Below, in pieces: positions 1 to 9,899 of a stretch of DNA of 64,000 nt; position 1 is the first letter of the stretch, and each line of letters begins with the position of its first letter. A program made the translations under genes and the position numbers. The stretch spans positions 6,399-70,398 of the forward strand of contig DASTMN010000021.1 in assembly GCA_035714165.1 (NCBI GenBank), given 5' to 3'. This DNA is from Rhizomicrobium sp. (GTDB taxonomy: Bacteria > Pseudomonadota > Alphaproteobacteria > Micropepsales > Micropepsaceae). The notes below the pieces were generated by a model that had not been told where the DNA came from, did not search any database, and saw nothing but the letters and a program-made list of their open reading frames with translations.

Positions 1-1
1 C

Positions 2-208
2 AAGCGCCGAGACGGCGACATGCCGGGCCGGTTCAACGCGCCCGTCATCGTGCCGGTGCTGGGCGCGGCCGTCTGCCTGGTGATGATCGGCGGCCAGCTG
101 GTGCAGAGCGACTGGCGCGGCCCGGCCATCGCCATCGGCATGATCGCGGCGATCCTGGTCGCCTACCTGTTCAGCCCGCAGCGCGGACAGGCGATCCCCG
201 AAGCCTAA
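2..208 (+). CDS. C-terminal fragment of a membrane protein, probably an APC-family amino acid permease (5' end outside window)
   Basis: Frame is open from the window edge (KRRDGDMPGRFNAPVIVPVLGAAVCLVMI...). Two hydrophobic helices follow an R..D.P..F..P..P motif typical of APC permease C-termini. Confidence 0.5.
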   Translation, partial: KRRDGDMPGRFNAPVIVPVLGAAVCLVMIGGQLVQSDWRGPAIAIGMIAAILVAYLFSPQRGQAIPEA

Positions 209-1335
209 TCCAGCGTGCGGCGGAAGCGCAGCAGGGCGATGCTGCCCACCGTGACGGTGAACAGCAGCAGCGGCCAGATATCGGGCCAGCTTTCGGAAAA
301 GCCGTTATTCTTCAGCAGCACGCCCCGGATGATCCGCAGGAAATGGGTGGCGGGCAGCACCTCGCCAATCCATTGCGCCCAGACCGGCATGCCCATGAAG
401 GGAAAGGCGAAGCCCGACAGCAGGATGGCGGGCAAGAGGAAGAAGGTCGTCATCTGCATCGCCTGAAGCTGGTTCTGGGCGATGGTGGAGAAAGTATAGC
501 CCACCGCCAGGTTGGCAACGACATAGATGGCCAGCGCCCCGGCCAAGAGGCCCAGCGAGCCGATCATCGGCACATGAAAGGCAAAACGCGCCAAGAGCAG
601 GATGATCGCGCTCTGGACCGCGCCCACCACGACATTGGGCGCGATCTTGCCGATCATGATCTCCAGCGGCGTGGCCGGCATGGCGATCAGGTTTTCATAG
701 GTGCCGCGCTCGCGCTCGCGCGTCAGGGCCAGGCAGGTCATCAGCACCATCGTCATGGTCAGGATGATCGCCAGCAGGCCCGGCACGATATTGTACTGGG
801 TGTTGGATTCCGGGTTGTAGAGCAGGTGCGAGACAGTGTTGAACGGCGGCGGCCCCTGCGCCCGCCCCGCCAGCGGCCCCACCAGGTCGTCGCGCAGCGC
901 CGTACTGGCAAGCTGGTTGAAGGCCGCCAGCGCATAGGACCCGGCGGCCGGATCGGTGGCGTCGGATTCGATCAGCAGGTCCGGGCGCGCGCCGCGCACG
1001 ATGTCGCGCGAGAAGTTGGGCGGAATCTCCACCACGAACACCACCTTGCCCTCCTGCAACAGGCGGCGGGCATGGGCGGGATCGTTGGTCTGCTCGACGA
1101 TCTTGAAATAACTGGAATTGGACAGCGCCGCGACAATGGAGCGCGCGAAAGGGCCCGGATCGTTGATGGCGACAGCGGCGGGCAGGTCCTTGGGATTGAG
1201 GTTGATGGCGAAGCCGAACAGGAAAAGCTGCATCAGCGGCACGCCCACCACCATGCCCAGCGTCAGCCGGTCGCGGCGCATCTGCAGGAATTCCTTGACC
1301 AGCACGGCCCAGACCCGGCGCAGCGAGAAGTTCAT
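205..1335 (-). CDS. ABC-2 type exporter permease (YbhR/YbhS-like)
   Basis: N-terminus KEFLQMRRDR, periplasmic domain, RERERGTYENL motif, C-terminal TM bundle; 4-nt overlap with the ATPase gene. Confidence 0.9.
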   Translation of the reverse strand: MNFSLRRVWAVLVKEFLQMRRDRLTLGMVVGVPLMQLFLFGFAINLNPKDLPAAVAINDPGPFARSIVAALSNSSYFKIVEQTNDPAHARRLLQEGKVVFVVEIPPNFSRDIVRGARPDLLIESDATDPAAGSYALAAFNQLASTALRDDLVGPLAGRAQGPPPFNTVSHLLYNPESNTQYNIVPGLLAIILTMTMVLMTCLALTRERERGTYENLIAMPATPLEIMIGKIAPNVVVGAVQSAIILLLARFAFHVPMIGSLGLLAGALAIYVVANLAVGYTFSTIAQNQLQAMQMTTFFLLPAILLSGFAFPFMGMPVWAQWIGEVLPATHFLRIIRGVLLKNNGFSESWPDIWPLLLFTVTVGSIALLRFRRTLD

Positions 1336-2246
1336 CGCGCCTCCTCCTGCAGATGGATGAACACATCCTCCAGGCTGGGCGGGGATTCGAACACGGTCAG
1401 GCCGGGCCGGTCGCGATAGGGCGCAATGGCGGCTTCCAGCGCGGCGCGGTCGCGGCCGCTGACATGCAGGGCGGCGCCGAAGAAACCGGCATAATCCACG
1501 CCCGGCTTGTCCTGAAGTTCCTGCGCCAGATGGCGCACCGCATCGCCTTCCAGGGTGAAGGTGACAAGGCCGGATTCAGCGATCACCTCGGCCACCGAGC
1601 CGCGCGTCACCATTTTCCCGTTCAGGATATAGACGATGCGGTCGCAGCGTTCGGCTTCGTCCATGTAATGGGTGGAGACCAGCACGGTCAGCCCTTCGGC
1701 GGACAAAGCATGGATTTCCTCCCAGAAATCGCGCCGCGCCTTGGGGTCCACGCCCGCCGTCGGCTCGTCGAGCAGCAGCAGCTGGGGATCGTGCAACATG
1801 CAGGCCGCCAGCGCCATGCGCTGCTTCCAGCCACCGGACAGCTGGCCCGCAAGCTGGTCCTGCCGTTTCGTCAGCCCCAGCCGCTCCAGCGTTTCGTTCA
1901 CCCGCCGCTTGGGATCGGCGATGCCATAGACGCGGGCGACGAATTCCAGATTCTCGCGGATCGAAAGATCTTCCCAGAAGCTGAACTTCTGGGTCATGTA
2001 GCCGACCTGCCGCTTGATCGCCTCGGACTGGGTGCGGAAGTCCAGCCCCAGGCAGGTACCGCTGCCTTCATCGGCATGCAACAGCCCGCACAGCATGCGG
2101 ATGGTGGTGGTCTTGCCCGATCCGTTGGGGCCCAGGAATCCCCATACCTCGCCCTGCGGCACGGCGATGTCGATGTGATCTACCGCCACCTTCTTGCCGA
2201 AGCGCTTGGTGAGGCCCTTCACATCAATGGCGAGCGGCCTGCTCAA
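1332..2246 (-). CDS. ABC exporter ATP-binding protein (YbhF-like, single NBD)
   Basis: Walker A GPNGSGKTT, signature LSGGWKQR, Walker B LLLLDEPT, H-loop STHYM. Confidence 0.95.
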   Translation of the reverse strand: MSRPLAIDVKGLTKRFGKKVAVDHIDIAVPQGEVWGFLGPNGSGKTTTIRMLCGLLHADEGSGTCLGLDFRTQSEAIKRQVGYMTQKFSFWEDLSIRENLEFVARVYGIADPKRRVNETLERLGLTKRQDQLAGQLSGGWKQRMALAACMLHDPQLLLLDEPTAGVDPKARRDFWEEIHALSAEGLTVLVSTHYMDEAERCDRIVYILNGKMVTRGSVAEVIAESGLVTFTLEGDAVRHLAQELQDKPGVDYAGFFGAALHVSGRDRAALEAAIAPYRDRPGLTVFESPPSLEDVFIHLQEEAR

Positions 2247-3061
2247 AGCGGCTTCACCGTCAGGGGCTGGCCGGGATGGATGGGCAGGCCGCCGGGGGCG
2301 CGGGCCTCCAGCTTGAACACCAGCTTTTCGCGGTTGCCGATGGAGAAGATCACCGGCGGGGTGAACTCCACCTGCGCGGCGATGAAGGTGATGGTGGCGG
2401 TGATCGGCTTGCAGCCGTCACAGTTGACCTGAACCTTCTGGCCCAGCTTCACGCCCTGAAGCTGCGACTGGGGCACGAAGAAGCGGGCATAGATGTTGCC
2501 CGGCGGCAGCACCGAAACGACCGGCGTGGCGGCGGCGACATATTCGCCGGGCCGGAAATAGATGTCCTGCACCGGGCCTTCGGTCTGGGCCGTGACCTGG
2601 CGCTGCGACAGGCCATAGGAGGCGCTTTCCACGCCCGCCGCCATCTGGCTGATCTGGGCCTGCAACTGCGCCACGCGCGCCGCCGATTGCTGGGCGGTGG
2701 TGCGGGCCAGGTCGCGCTGGGTGGGCGTTCCGGCATTGGCCTTGGCCAGGCTGTCCTGCCGCGCCAGTTCGGTGCGGGCATAGGCCAGGTTCGACTGTTC
2801 CTGGCGCAGTGCGGCACGGGCCTGGGCCAGCGCACCCTGCGCCTGGTCGCGCCCGGCCTGCTGGCTGGTATTGTCGAGTACGAACAGAAGATCGCCGCGC
2901 TTCACCACCTGACCGCGCTCCACCTTCAGCTCGGTCAGCCATCCGGCCTGCGGCGCGGCGATCATCGCGCTATCGCCTTCGCCATAGCCCAGCCAGCCCT
3001 CTTCCGGTTTTTCGCCACAGGCGCCCAGCGCCAGCAGAACGACAAGGGCAAGGCGCTTCAT
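2243..3061 (-). CDS. HlyD-family periplasmic adaptor lipoprotein (YbhG-like)
   Basis: Lipobox LGAC, biotinyl-lipoyl-like halves flanking a coiled coil, EFTPP motif; coupled to the ABC genes. Confidence 0.9.
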   Translation of the reverse strand: MKRLALVVLLALGACGEKPEEGWLGYGEGDSAMIAAPQAGWLTELKVERGQVVKRGDLLFVLDNTSQQAGRDQAQGALAQARAALRQEQSNLAYARTELARQDSLAKANAGTPTQRDLARTTAQQSAARVAQLQAQISQMAAGVESASYGLSQRQVTAQTEGPVQDIYFRPGEYVAAATPVVSVLPPGNIYARFFVPQSQLQGVKLGQKVQVNCDGCKPITATITFIAAQVEFTPPVIFSIGNREKLVFKLEARAPGGLPIHPGQPLTVKPL

Positions 3062-3705
3062 GGCGCGGCTCCGGATGGCATGTCTTGGGGTGCGGCCAGG
3101 CCGCGCAACAATGTCTCGATATGGGTTTCCGACAGGCCCTCGTAATCATAGGGCGCATCGTCGAACTTGGAGAAAATGGTGCGCCAGAACACCATCACCA
3201 GGAACGGCGCGACACACAGCCGTGCCGCATGGCCGGTATCCACGGCGCGGAATTGTCCCTGCGCGATGCCACGCCGAATGATGGTCTCGAACAGTGCCAG
3301 ACCGCGGTCTATAATCTCGCGCCGCCAGAACTCGGCCAGTTCGGGGAAGTTGCCCGCCTCCGCCAGCAGCACGCGCGGCAACACGATGCGGTCGCTGGTG
3401 CGGGCGAAATGCCCCATCGCGCCGATCACCATCCGCAGCAGGTCGGCCGCCTTTGCCTCGCTGGCATTCACCTGCGCCAGGATTTCGGTCATTCGTTCGC
3501 CGATGGACTGGCGGGCCAGCGCCTTGAACACAGCTTCCTTGCTGTCGAAATAGAGATAGATGGTGCCCTTAGTGATGCCGGCGCGGGCGGCGATGTCGTC
3601 CATGCGGGTGCCCGCGAATCCCTTTTGCGCGAAACAGGCCAGCGCCGCCTCCAGGATTTCGGGGGCGCGGGCGTCCTTGCGGCGGGTCCAGCGGTGCGTG
3701 GCCAT
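3058..3705 (-). CDS. TetR/AcrR family transcriptional regulator heading the efflux operon
   Basis: HTH GFAGTRMDDIAARAGITKGTIYLYF; ATG at 3705 (in-frame TTG at 3711 also possible). Confidence 0.92.
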   Translation of the reverse strand: MATHRWTRRKDARAPEILEAALACFAQKGFAGTRMDDIAARAGITKGTIYLYFDSKEAVFKALARQSIGERMTEILAQVNASEAKAADLLRMVIGAMGHFARTSDRIVLPRVLLAEAGNFPELAEFWRREIIDRGLALFETIIRRGIAQGQFRAVDTGHAARLCVAPFLVMVFWRTIFSKFDDAPYDYEGLSETHIETLLRGLAAPQDMPSGAAP

Positions 3706-3717
3706 TCCCAATTAATA

Positions 3718-3731
3718 ACTGACCAGTCAGT
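3718..3731. promoter_or_regulatory. Palindromic operator ACTGAC-CA-GTCAGT, probable TetR autoregulatory site
   Basis: Perfect 6+2+6 inverted repeat about 13 nt upstream of the TetR ATG in an AT-rich gap; a minus-strand TTGACA lies at 3760-3755. Confidence 0.7.
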
Positions 3732-3778
3732 AATTACAAAGCGAAATATAACCTTGTCAAATCAGCAGTTTAGCTCTT

Positions 3779-4885
3779 TCAGGGGGTTTCCGGCCCGGGC
3801 CGCGCCGCCAACCGGCGCAACAGCCGGACATGGCTGACGATCGCCCCGCCCCAGGTCGCGTACTGGTGATAGGGCAGCCCGAACTCGGCCGCCGTGCGCC
3901 GCACCACCGGCCCGATCGCCGCATAATGGCTGTGGCCGATGGCGGGAAAGAGATGGTGCTCGATCTGGTGGTTCAGCCCGCCGCTGAACCAGGTCCAGGC
4001 GCGGCTGCCGGTGGCGAAATTGGCGGTGGTCTGCATCTGGTGCGCCGCCCATCCTCCAGCAAGGCGGGGCGGCGCGCCCTGCGGCGCGGGAAATGCCACC
4101 GCCTCGACCTGATGCGCCATGCTGAACACAAAGGCCAGCGAAAGCCCCAGCGTCACCTGATAGGCCAGCAGACAGAGAAGCGCATGCAGGGGCGGCAGCA
4201 GCAGGAAGGGCTGCGCCACGAAGACCGCGAGATAGGCCAGCTTGGACAGGACGAACTCCAGCTTCTCGGCCCCGGTCATGGCGGGAATGCGCTGGTGCGG
4301 ATTGATGCGCAGGGTGAAGAACTGCACCCAGTCCTTCACGAACACCATCTCGATGGCGTTGATCGCATACAGGACAAAGACGAAGACATGCTGGCCGCGA
4401 TAGCGCGGCTTCCAATCCTGCTGCGGCGACAGGCGCAGGAACCCGCGCGTCTCCAGATCGTCGTCCCAGCCCTGGATGTTGGTGAAACGGTGATGCAGGA
4501 CATGATGCTTGAAGTTCCACAGATAGCGGCTGGCGCCTAGCACCGTGGAAGCCGCCACCGCGACCATGAGATTGGCGCGCGCGCCCGGCAGCATCGCGCC
4601 GTGATTGGCATCATGGAAAATGTTGAAACCGACGGCGCTGGCGGCCAGGCCCCAGGAGGCGGCCAGCAGCAATTCCAGCCACAGCGGCGTCACCGCCAGC
4701 ATCAGCGCGAAGGAACCCAGGAACCAGACCGTGATGAAGGCCGCCTTGCGAAGCTGGCGCGGATTGCCGCGCGGCGCGCATCCCTGCAACGTCTCATGGA
4801 CACGGGCGCGAACGGTCCTGAGGAAATCGCCCTCGGCATCGAAAACGATGCGCTCCGGGCCGCAGGGCCTGACCGGTATGTTCAC
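3779..4885 (-). CDS. Membrane fatty acid (acyl-CoA) desaturase, DesA3/linoleoyl-CoA desaturase-like
   Basis: His boxes HDANH, HHVLHH, HQIEHH; GTG start at 4885 preceded by GGGAAGAGGG. This is the C-terminal part of the 932-aa track ORF. Confidence 0.88.
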   Translation of the reverse strand: MNIPVRPCGPERIVFDAEGDFLRTVRARVHETLQGCAPRGNPRQLRKAAFITVWFLGSFALMLAVTPLWLELLLAASWGLAASAVGFNIFHDANHGAMLPGARANLMVAVAASTVLGASRYLWNFKHHVLHHRFTNIQGWDDDLETRGFLRLSPQQDWKPRYRGQHVFVFVLYAINAIEMVFVKDWVQFFTLRINPHQRIPAMTGAEKLEFVLSKLAYLAVFVAQPFLLLPPLHALLCLLAYQVTLGLSLAFVFSMAHQVEAVAFPAPQGAPPRLAGGWAAHQMQTTANFATGSRAWTWFSGGLNHQIEHHLFPAIGHSHYAAIGPVVRRTAAEFGLPYHQYATWGGAIVSHVRLLRRLAARPGPETP

Positions 4886-5032
4886 GCGCGCCCTCTTCCC
4901 ATGGCGTTCAGTTAGCCCCAATCCGCGCCCGGAAGATAGCGAAATACCGTTGCGGAGACGGTGCCGGACGGAACCCACTGGACTTGGGCCAGGCCATCCC
5001 GCACCGTCGGGCGGCTTTGAGGGGGCATAACC

Positions 5033-6433
5033 ATGATCCGCGCGGCGTTCCTGTCCGTTCTTGCTGCACTGCAAGCAGCGCCTGTCTCGGCCCAGGCCCT
5101 GCGGCCCGACCAGGCGCGGTTCCGCGAAATCTATAAGGAGCTGGTGGAGACCAACACCACCCTGTCGGCGGGAAGCTGCACCCTGGCGGCGCAGAAGATG
5201 GCGGCGCGGCTGAAGGCGGCGGGCTTTTCCGACAGCGACCTCACCATTTTCTCGGTGCCGGAACATCCCAAGGAGGGTGGGCTGGTGGCGGTGATGACCG
5301 GCAGCAATCCGCACCTGAAGGCCGTGCTGCTGCTGGCACATCTGGACGTGGTGGAAGCCAGGGTCGAGGACTGGACCCGCGATCCTTTTACGCTGGTGGA
5401 GGAGGACGGTTATTTCTATGGGCGCGGCACCGCCGACGACAAGGCGCAGGCCGCCGTCTGGGTGGACATGCTGGCCCGCTTCAAGGCCGAAAAGTTCAGG
5501 CCCCGCCGCACCGTGAAGATGGCGCTGACCTGCGGCGAGGAAGGCGGGCCGTTCAACGGGGCGCGCTGGCTGGCCCAGAACCGGCGCGACCTGATCGATG
5601 CGGAATTCGCCATCAATGAAGGCGGCTGGGGCCGGATGGACGAACGCGGCCGCCGCATCGTGATGAACGTCAATGCGGGCGAGAAGCTGCCCATGAATGT
5701 GACGCTGGAAGTCGTCAATCCCGGCGGCCATGCCATGCGCCCGGTCAAGGACAACGCCATCACCCGGCTTTCGGCGGCGCTGGTGAAGATCGGCGCGCAT
5801 GACTTCCCCGTCCGCACCACCGACGCCACGCGCCAGTTCTTCGCCCGCATGGAAAAGGTGGCGGGCGGCGAGACAGGCGCGGCTATGGCGGCCTTGGCGA
5901 AAAATCCCGGCGACACGGCAGCGGCAACCGTGATCGCCCGCGACCCTGCCTATAACGCTATGCTGCGGACCACTTGCGTCGCCACCATGCTGGAGGCAGG
6001 CCATGCCACCAACGCCCTGCCCCAGCGCGCGACGGCCAACGTCAACTGCCGCATCTTCCCCGGCGACACGCCCGACGGCGTGCGCGCCGCACTGACGGCG
6101 GTGATCGGCGACCCTGCCGTCACCGTGACGGCAAAGCCCACCCGCAGCGATGCGGTGCGGACCGCGCCGCCCCTGACCGACGCCATCCTGAAGCCGGTGG
6201 AACGCGCCGCCGCGAAAATGTGGCCCGGCGTGCCGGTGATCCCCACGCTGGAGATCGGCGCGACCGACGCGGCCTTCCTGACGCCGGTGGGCATTCCCAC
6301 CTATGGCTTTACCGGCATGTTCTTCGAGCCGGACGGCAGCCGGCTGCACGGCCAGAACGAGCGGGTGCGGACGCAGGTGGTCTATGACGGCCGCGACTTC
6401 CTCACCCAGGTGGTGAAGGACTATCTGCGCTAG
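5033..6433 (+). CDS. Secreted M20/M25/M40 family metallopeptidase
   Basis: Signal peptide; metal-binding motifs AHLDVV, GRGTADDK, GEEG and C-terminal HGQNE. Confidence 0.9.
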   Translation: MIRAAFLSVLAALQAAPVSAQALRPDQARFREIYKELVETNTTLSAGSCTLAAQKMAARLKAAGFSDSDLTIFSVPEHPKEGGLVAVMTGSNPHLKAVLLLAHLDVVEARVEDWTRDPFTLVEEDGYFYGRGTADDKAQAAVWVDMLARFKAEKFRPRRTVKMALTCGEEGGPFNGARWLAQNRRDLIDAEFAINEGGWGRMDERGRRIVMNVNAGEKLPMNVTLEVVNPGGHAMRPVKDNAITRLSAALVKIGAHDFPVRTTDATRQFFARMEKVAGGETGAAMAALAKNPGDTAAATVIARDPAYNAMLRTTCVATMLEAGHATNALPQRATANVNCRIFPGDTPDGVRAALTAVIGDPAVTVTAKPTRSDAVRTAPPLTDAILKPVERAAAKMWPGVPVIPTLEIGATDAAFLTPVGIPTYGFTGMFFEPDGSRLHGQNERVRTQVVYDGRDFLTQVVKDYLR

Positions 6434-8490
6434 GGCAGAGCGAAGGCGACATAGGCCGCGCCCTGCGCCGCCTTGCGGTCGCGCTGGTTGTCGCCCTGGA
6501 TCAGCACATACTGCTTGCCGCCCGCCATATAGGTGATGGGCGTGGCGTTTCCGGCAAAGGGCAGCACCGCCTGCCACAGCAGCCTGCCGCTGGCCGCGTC
6601 GAAGGCGCGGATTTTCTTGTCGTACAAGGTCGCGCCGATGAACAGCAGCCCCGTCCGGGTCAGGATCGGGCCTCCGTAATTCTCGCTGCCCGTCACCTGG
6701 CCCTGCGCCGCCAGTTCGGGATATTCGCCCAGCGGAATCGTCCAGACATAGTCGCCGGTATTGAGGTCTATCGCGTTCAGCGTGCCCCAGGGCGGCGCCA
6801 CGGCGGGATAGCCGTCGGGATCGAGAAACTTTTTATAGCCGGTGAAGCGGTACTTGGCGGGCGCGGGATTGTCCGCCGCGACTTCCTTTTTATCCGACGG
6901 ATCGTCGCTGCCGTCGCGCAGGTAGCGGATCAGCGCCGACAGCCCATCACCGGCGATGGTGAAGGCGGGCATCCGTCCGCGTCCGGTATGGATCACATCG
7001 GCGATCTCGTCCACCGTCATGCGATCGGTGATGCCGACCAGCGACGGGAAAGCGGGCGGCGATCCCGCGCGGTTTGCGCCATGACAGGCGGCACAGTTGG
7101 TCTGGTAGGCCGTCGCGCCCACCCCGCCCCCCGCCGTCACCGGGGCCAGTCCGCCGGTCCAGGCGATGTCGTTGGCGTTGACATAGATAATGCCCCGCGC
7201 CGGATCGGCTGCCGCGCCGCCCCATTCCGCGCCGCCGTCGAAGCCGGGGAACACCAGCGTCTGCTGCCCCAGCGCCATCGGGCCATAGACGCCCAGATTG
7301 CGGAAGGTCTTGAACTGTTCGCGCGCCCATTGGTTCGCCGCGGGCGTGCGGGTGGTCAGCATCTCCTCGGTCAGGTGCTGGCGGGCAAAGGGTGCAGGCG
7401 TCGCGGCGGCGGGCTGGGTCCTGGCCGTCACCTCGCCCGGCACATCGCTTTGCGGCACGGGCGTGTCGGTGACGGGATAGACCGGCCTGCCGGTGACGCG
7501 ATCCAGCACATAGAGGAATCCCGCCTTGGTTGGCTGGGCGATGGCGTCGATCGTCTTGCCACCGCGCCGGATGGTCAGCAGCACCGGCGGCGACGGAAAA
7601 TCGCGGTCCTGCACATCATGGCGCACACCCTGGAAATGCCAGATTCGCTTGCCCGTACTGGCATCCAGCGCCAGCAGCGTATTGGCGAAAAGGTTGTCGC
7701 CCGCGTGATCCGCGCCATAAAAGTCGCTGGCCGCCGAGCCTGTGGGCGCATAGACGATGCCCCGCTTTTCATCCACCACCATGCCGGCCCAGGCGTTTGC
7801 GCCGCCCGCCGTCTTCCAGGCGTCTTTCGGCCAGGTGTCGTGCCCGAATTCGCCGGGATGCGGAATGGTGTGGAAGGCCCAGCGCAGCCTGCCGGTGCGC
7901 ACGTCGAAAGCCCGGATATCGCCCGGCGCGCTGGGCAGGTTTTCCGCCGTGCGGAAGCCGGTAATCAGCAGGTCCTTCCAGATCACGCCCGGCGTGGTCA
8001 GCGAGACATAGAGGCTTTTATCATCGCGTCCCAGATGGTCGCGCAGGTCGATGCGCCCCTTGTCGCCGAAACCGGCAATGGGCTTTCCGGTGGCGGGATC
8101 GAGCGCATAGAGGAAATGCATCACCGAGGCGAACAGGCGCTTTTCCCGGCCGTCACTCCACCAGGTCAGGCCGCGCTGCGCTCCCTGCCCCTTGATGCCG
8201 GAGTCGAAGCGCCAGATTTCGCGGCCGGTCGCGCCGTCCAGCGCCAGCACCTGAAGCGACGGCGTATAGGCATAGACGATGCCATCCATCGCCAGGGGAT
8301 GGGTCTGGGGATCGCCCGGCCCCTCCATGCGGACCATCCATGCCTGTTTCAGGTCCGCCACATTGTCTTTGGTGATCTGGCCCAGACGGGAATAGCGGTT
8401 GCCGTTTTCGCCGCCATAAATGCGCCAGTCGGCATCCTGGGCCGAAGCGGGCAGCGCGAGCAGCACAAGCGCGAGAAGGGCGCGGCGCAT
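6430..8490 (-). CDS. Periplasmic PQQ-dependent (glucose/quinate-type) dehydrogenase with an inserted c-type cytochrome domain
   Basis: Signal peptide MRRALLALVLL; PQQ propeller motifs (RYSRLGQI, WHFQGVRHD..DRD, GGAEWGG); CAACH with a downstream GRMP Met ligand. Confidence 0.88.
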   Translation of the reverse strand: MRRALLALVLLALPASAQDADWRIYGGENGNRYSRLGQITKDNVADLKQAWMVRMEGPGDPQTHPLAMDGIVYAYTPSLQVLALDGATGREIWRFDSGIKGQGAQRGLTWWSDGREKRLFASVMHFLYALDPATGKPIAGFGDKGRIDLRDHLGRDDKSLYVSLTTPGVIWKDLLITGFRTAENLPSAPGDIRAFDVRTGRLRWAFHTIPHPGEFGHDTWPKDAWKTAGGANAWAGMVVDEKRGIVYAPTGSAASDFYGADHAGDNLFANTLLALDASTGKRIWHFQGVRHDVQDRDFPSPPVLLTIRRGGKTIDAIAQPTKAGFLYVLDRVTGRPVYPVTDTPVPQSDVPGEVTARTQPAAATPAPFARQHLTEEMLTTRTPAANQWAREQFKTFRNLGVYGPMALGQQTLVFPGFDGGAEWGGAAADPARGIIYVNANDIAWTGGLAPVTAGGGVGATAYQTNCAACHGANRAGSPPAFPSLVGITDRMTVDEIADVIHTGRGRMPAFTIAGDGLSALIRYLRDGSDDPSDKKEVAADNPAPAKYRFTGYKKFLDPDGYPAVAPPWGTLNAIDLNTGDYVWTIPLGEYPELAAQGQVTGSENYGGPILTRTGLLFIGATLYDKKIRAFDAASGRLLWQAVLPFAGNATPITYMAGGKQYVLIQGDNQRDRKAAQGAAYVAFALP

Positions 8491-9815
8491 CAGTGCAGCT
8501 TCAGCCGGGGGCGGATGATGTGGTTCACCCGGCCCACCGCGATCAGCGCCAGCCCCTTGATCCAGCCATGAATGGCGACCAGGTGCATGCGATAGAGGGA
8601 CACATAGACAAAGCGCGCCAGCCGCCCCTCGATCGCCATGCGCCCGCCCACCAGATTGCCCATCAGCGAGCCGACGGTGGAGAAATGGCTGAGTGACACC
8701 AGCGATCCGTGATCGCGGTACACAAACGGCTTCAGCGGCCCGCCCCGCACCAGCGCGCGGATATTGCGGAAGGCCAGCGCCGCCATCTGGTGCGCGGACT
8801 GGGCGCGCGGCGGCACCGGGCGCTTCGCGCCTTCCGGCAGGAAGAAGGCGCAATCCCCGATGGCAAAGATGCGGTCGTCGCGCGTGGTCTGCAATGTGGG
8901 CCTGACGACAAGCTGGTTGGTGCGGGTGGTTTCCAGCCCGCCAATATCCTTCAAGATGTCCGGCCCCTTCACGCCCGCCGCCCAGACGCGCAGGTCGGCG
9001 CGGATCAGCTCGCCGGAGCCGGTGATCATGCCCTCCGCCGTGGCCTCCACCACCTGCTCGCCGGTCAGCACCCGCACGCCCAGCGCCTCCAGTTCCTTGT
9101 GCGCGGCTTCGGCCAGGTCTTCGGGCAGCGCGGGCAGGATGCGCGGTCCCGCCTCGATCAGCGTCACCTTCAGGCGGCTCTCGTCGAACACTTCCAGACC
9201 GTAATGGCGAAGCCCCGCCGCCGCGTTGTACAGTTCCGCCGCCAGCTCCACGCCGGTGGCGCCGCCGCCGACAATATCCACTTTCACGGTTTCCGCGCCG
9301 CCCGGATCGCTGCGCGACACCCGCAGGCAATGGTCCAGCAGCTTGGTGCGGAAGCGGTCGGCCTGCAACCGGCTGTCCAGGAAGATGCAATGCTCGGCGA
9401 CACCCTTGGTGCCGAAGTCATTGCTCACCGAGCCCACCGCCAGCACCAGATAGTCGTAGCGGATGCGATGGCGGCCCATGATCTCGCGCCCGTCCTCGTC
9501 CCGGATGGGGGCGATCACGACATGGCGACTTTCCCGGTCGATGCTCTCCATTGCGCCATAGAAGAAGCGATAGCCCCAGGCATGGCCGTGGCTGCGATAG
9601 CCTACCTCGTCCAGGTTGGCGTCCAGCGAACCGGCCGCCACTTCGTGCAGCAGCGGCTTCCAGATATGGGTGCGGTTCCTTTCGACCAGGATGATGTCGA
9701 AACTCTTGCGCCCGAAGGCCGCGCCCAGCCGGGTGGCCAGTTCCAGCCCGCCCGCGCCGCCGCCCACCACGAGTATCTGCGTCTTGCGCGCGGGCGCGGC
9801 CTGGGCTTGGGTCAT
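8490..9815 (-). CDS. ndh: Type II NADH:quinone oxidoreductase (NDH-2)
   Basis: GGGAGG FAD motif, WKPLLHEVAAG, GGGATGVELAAEL, PPRAQSAHQ; its stop overlaps the start of the PQQ dehydrogenase gene. Confidence 0.88.
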   Translation of the reverse strand: MTQAQAAPARKTQILVVGGGAGGLELATRLGAAFGRKSFDIILVERNRTHIWKPLLHEVAAGSLDANLDEVGYRSHGHAWGYRFFYGAMESIDRESRHVVIAPIRDEDGREIMGRHRIRYDYLVLAVGSVSNDFGTKGVAEHCIFLDSRLQADRFRTKLLDHCLRVSRSDPGGAETVKVDIVGGGATGVELAAELYNAAAGLRHYGLEVFDESRLKVTLIEAGPRILPALPEDLAEAAHKELEALGVRVLTGEQVVEATAEGMITGSGELIRADLRVWAAGVKGPDILKDIGGLETTRTNQLVVRPTLQTTRDDRIFAIGDCAFFLPEGAKRPVPPRAQSAHQMAALAFRNIRALVRGGPLKPFVYRDHGSLVSLSHFSTVGSLMGNLVGGRMAIEGRLARFVYVSLYRMHLVAIHGWIKGLALIAVGRVNHIIRPRLKLH

Positions 9816-9899
9816 GCGGCGATGCATAGCATGGCAGGCGCTTTGCGGGGCGCGAATTCTGGTCCAGTCTGGGGGCGAACCCCTCGCAGGACCGATACC

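Noticed and set aside
6430-6433. Convergent genes with overlapping stop codons (also 205-208, 40079-40082, 57021-57024)
   Set aside because: Common in compact genomes; no further signal seen.
4886-6577. N-terminal 560-aa extension of the 932-aa minus-strand ORF
   Set aside because: It is antisense to the M20 peptidase; the real desaturase starts at GTG 4885 with its own RBS.
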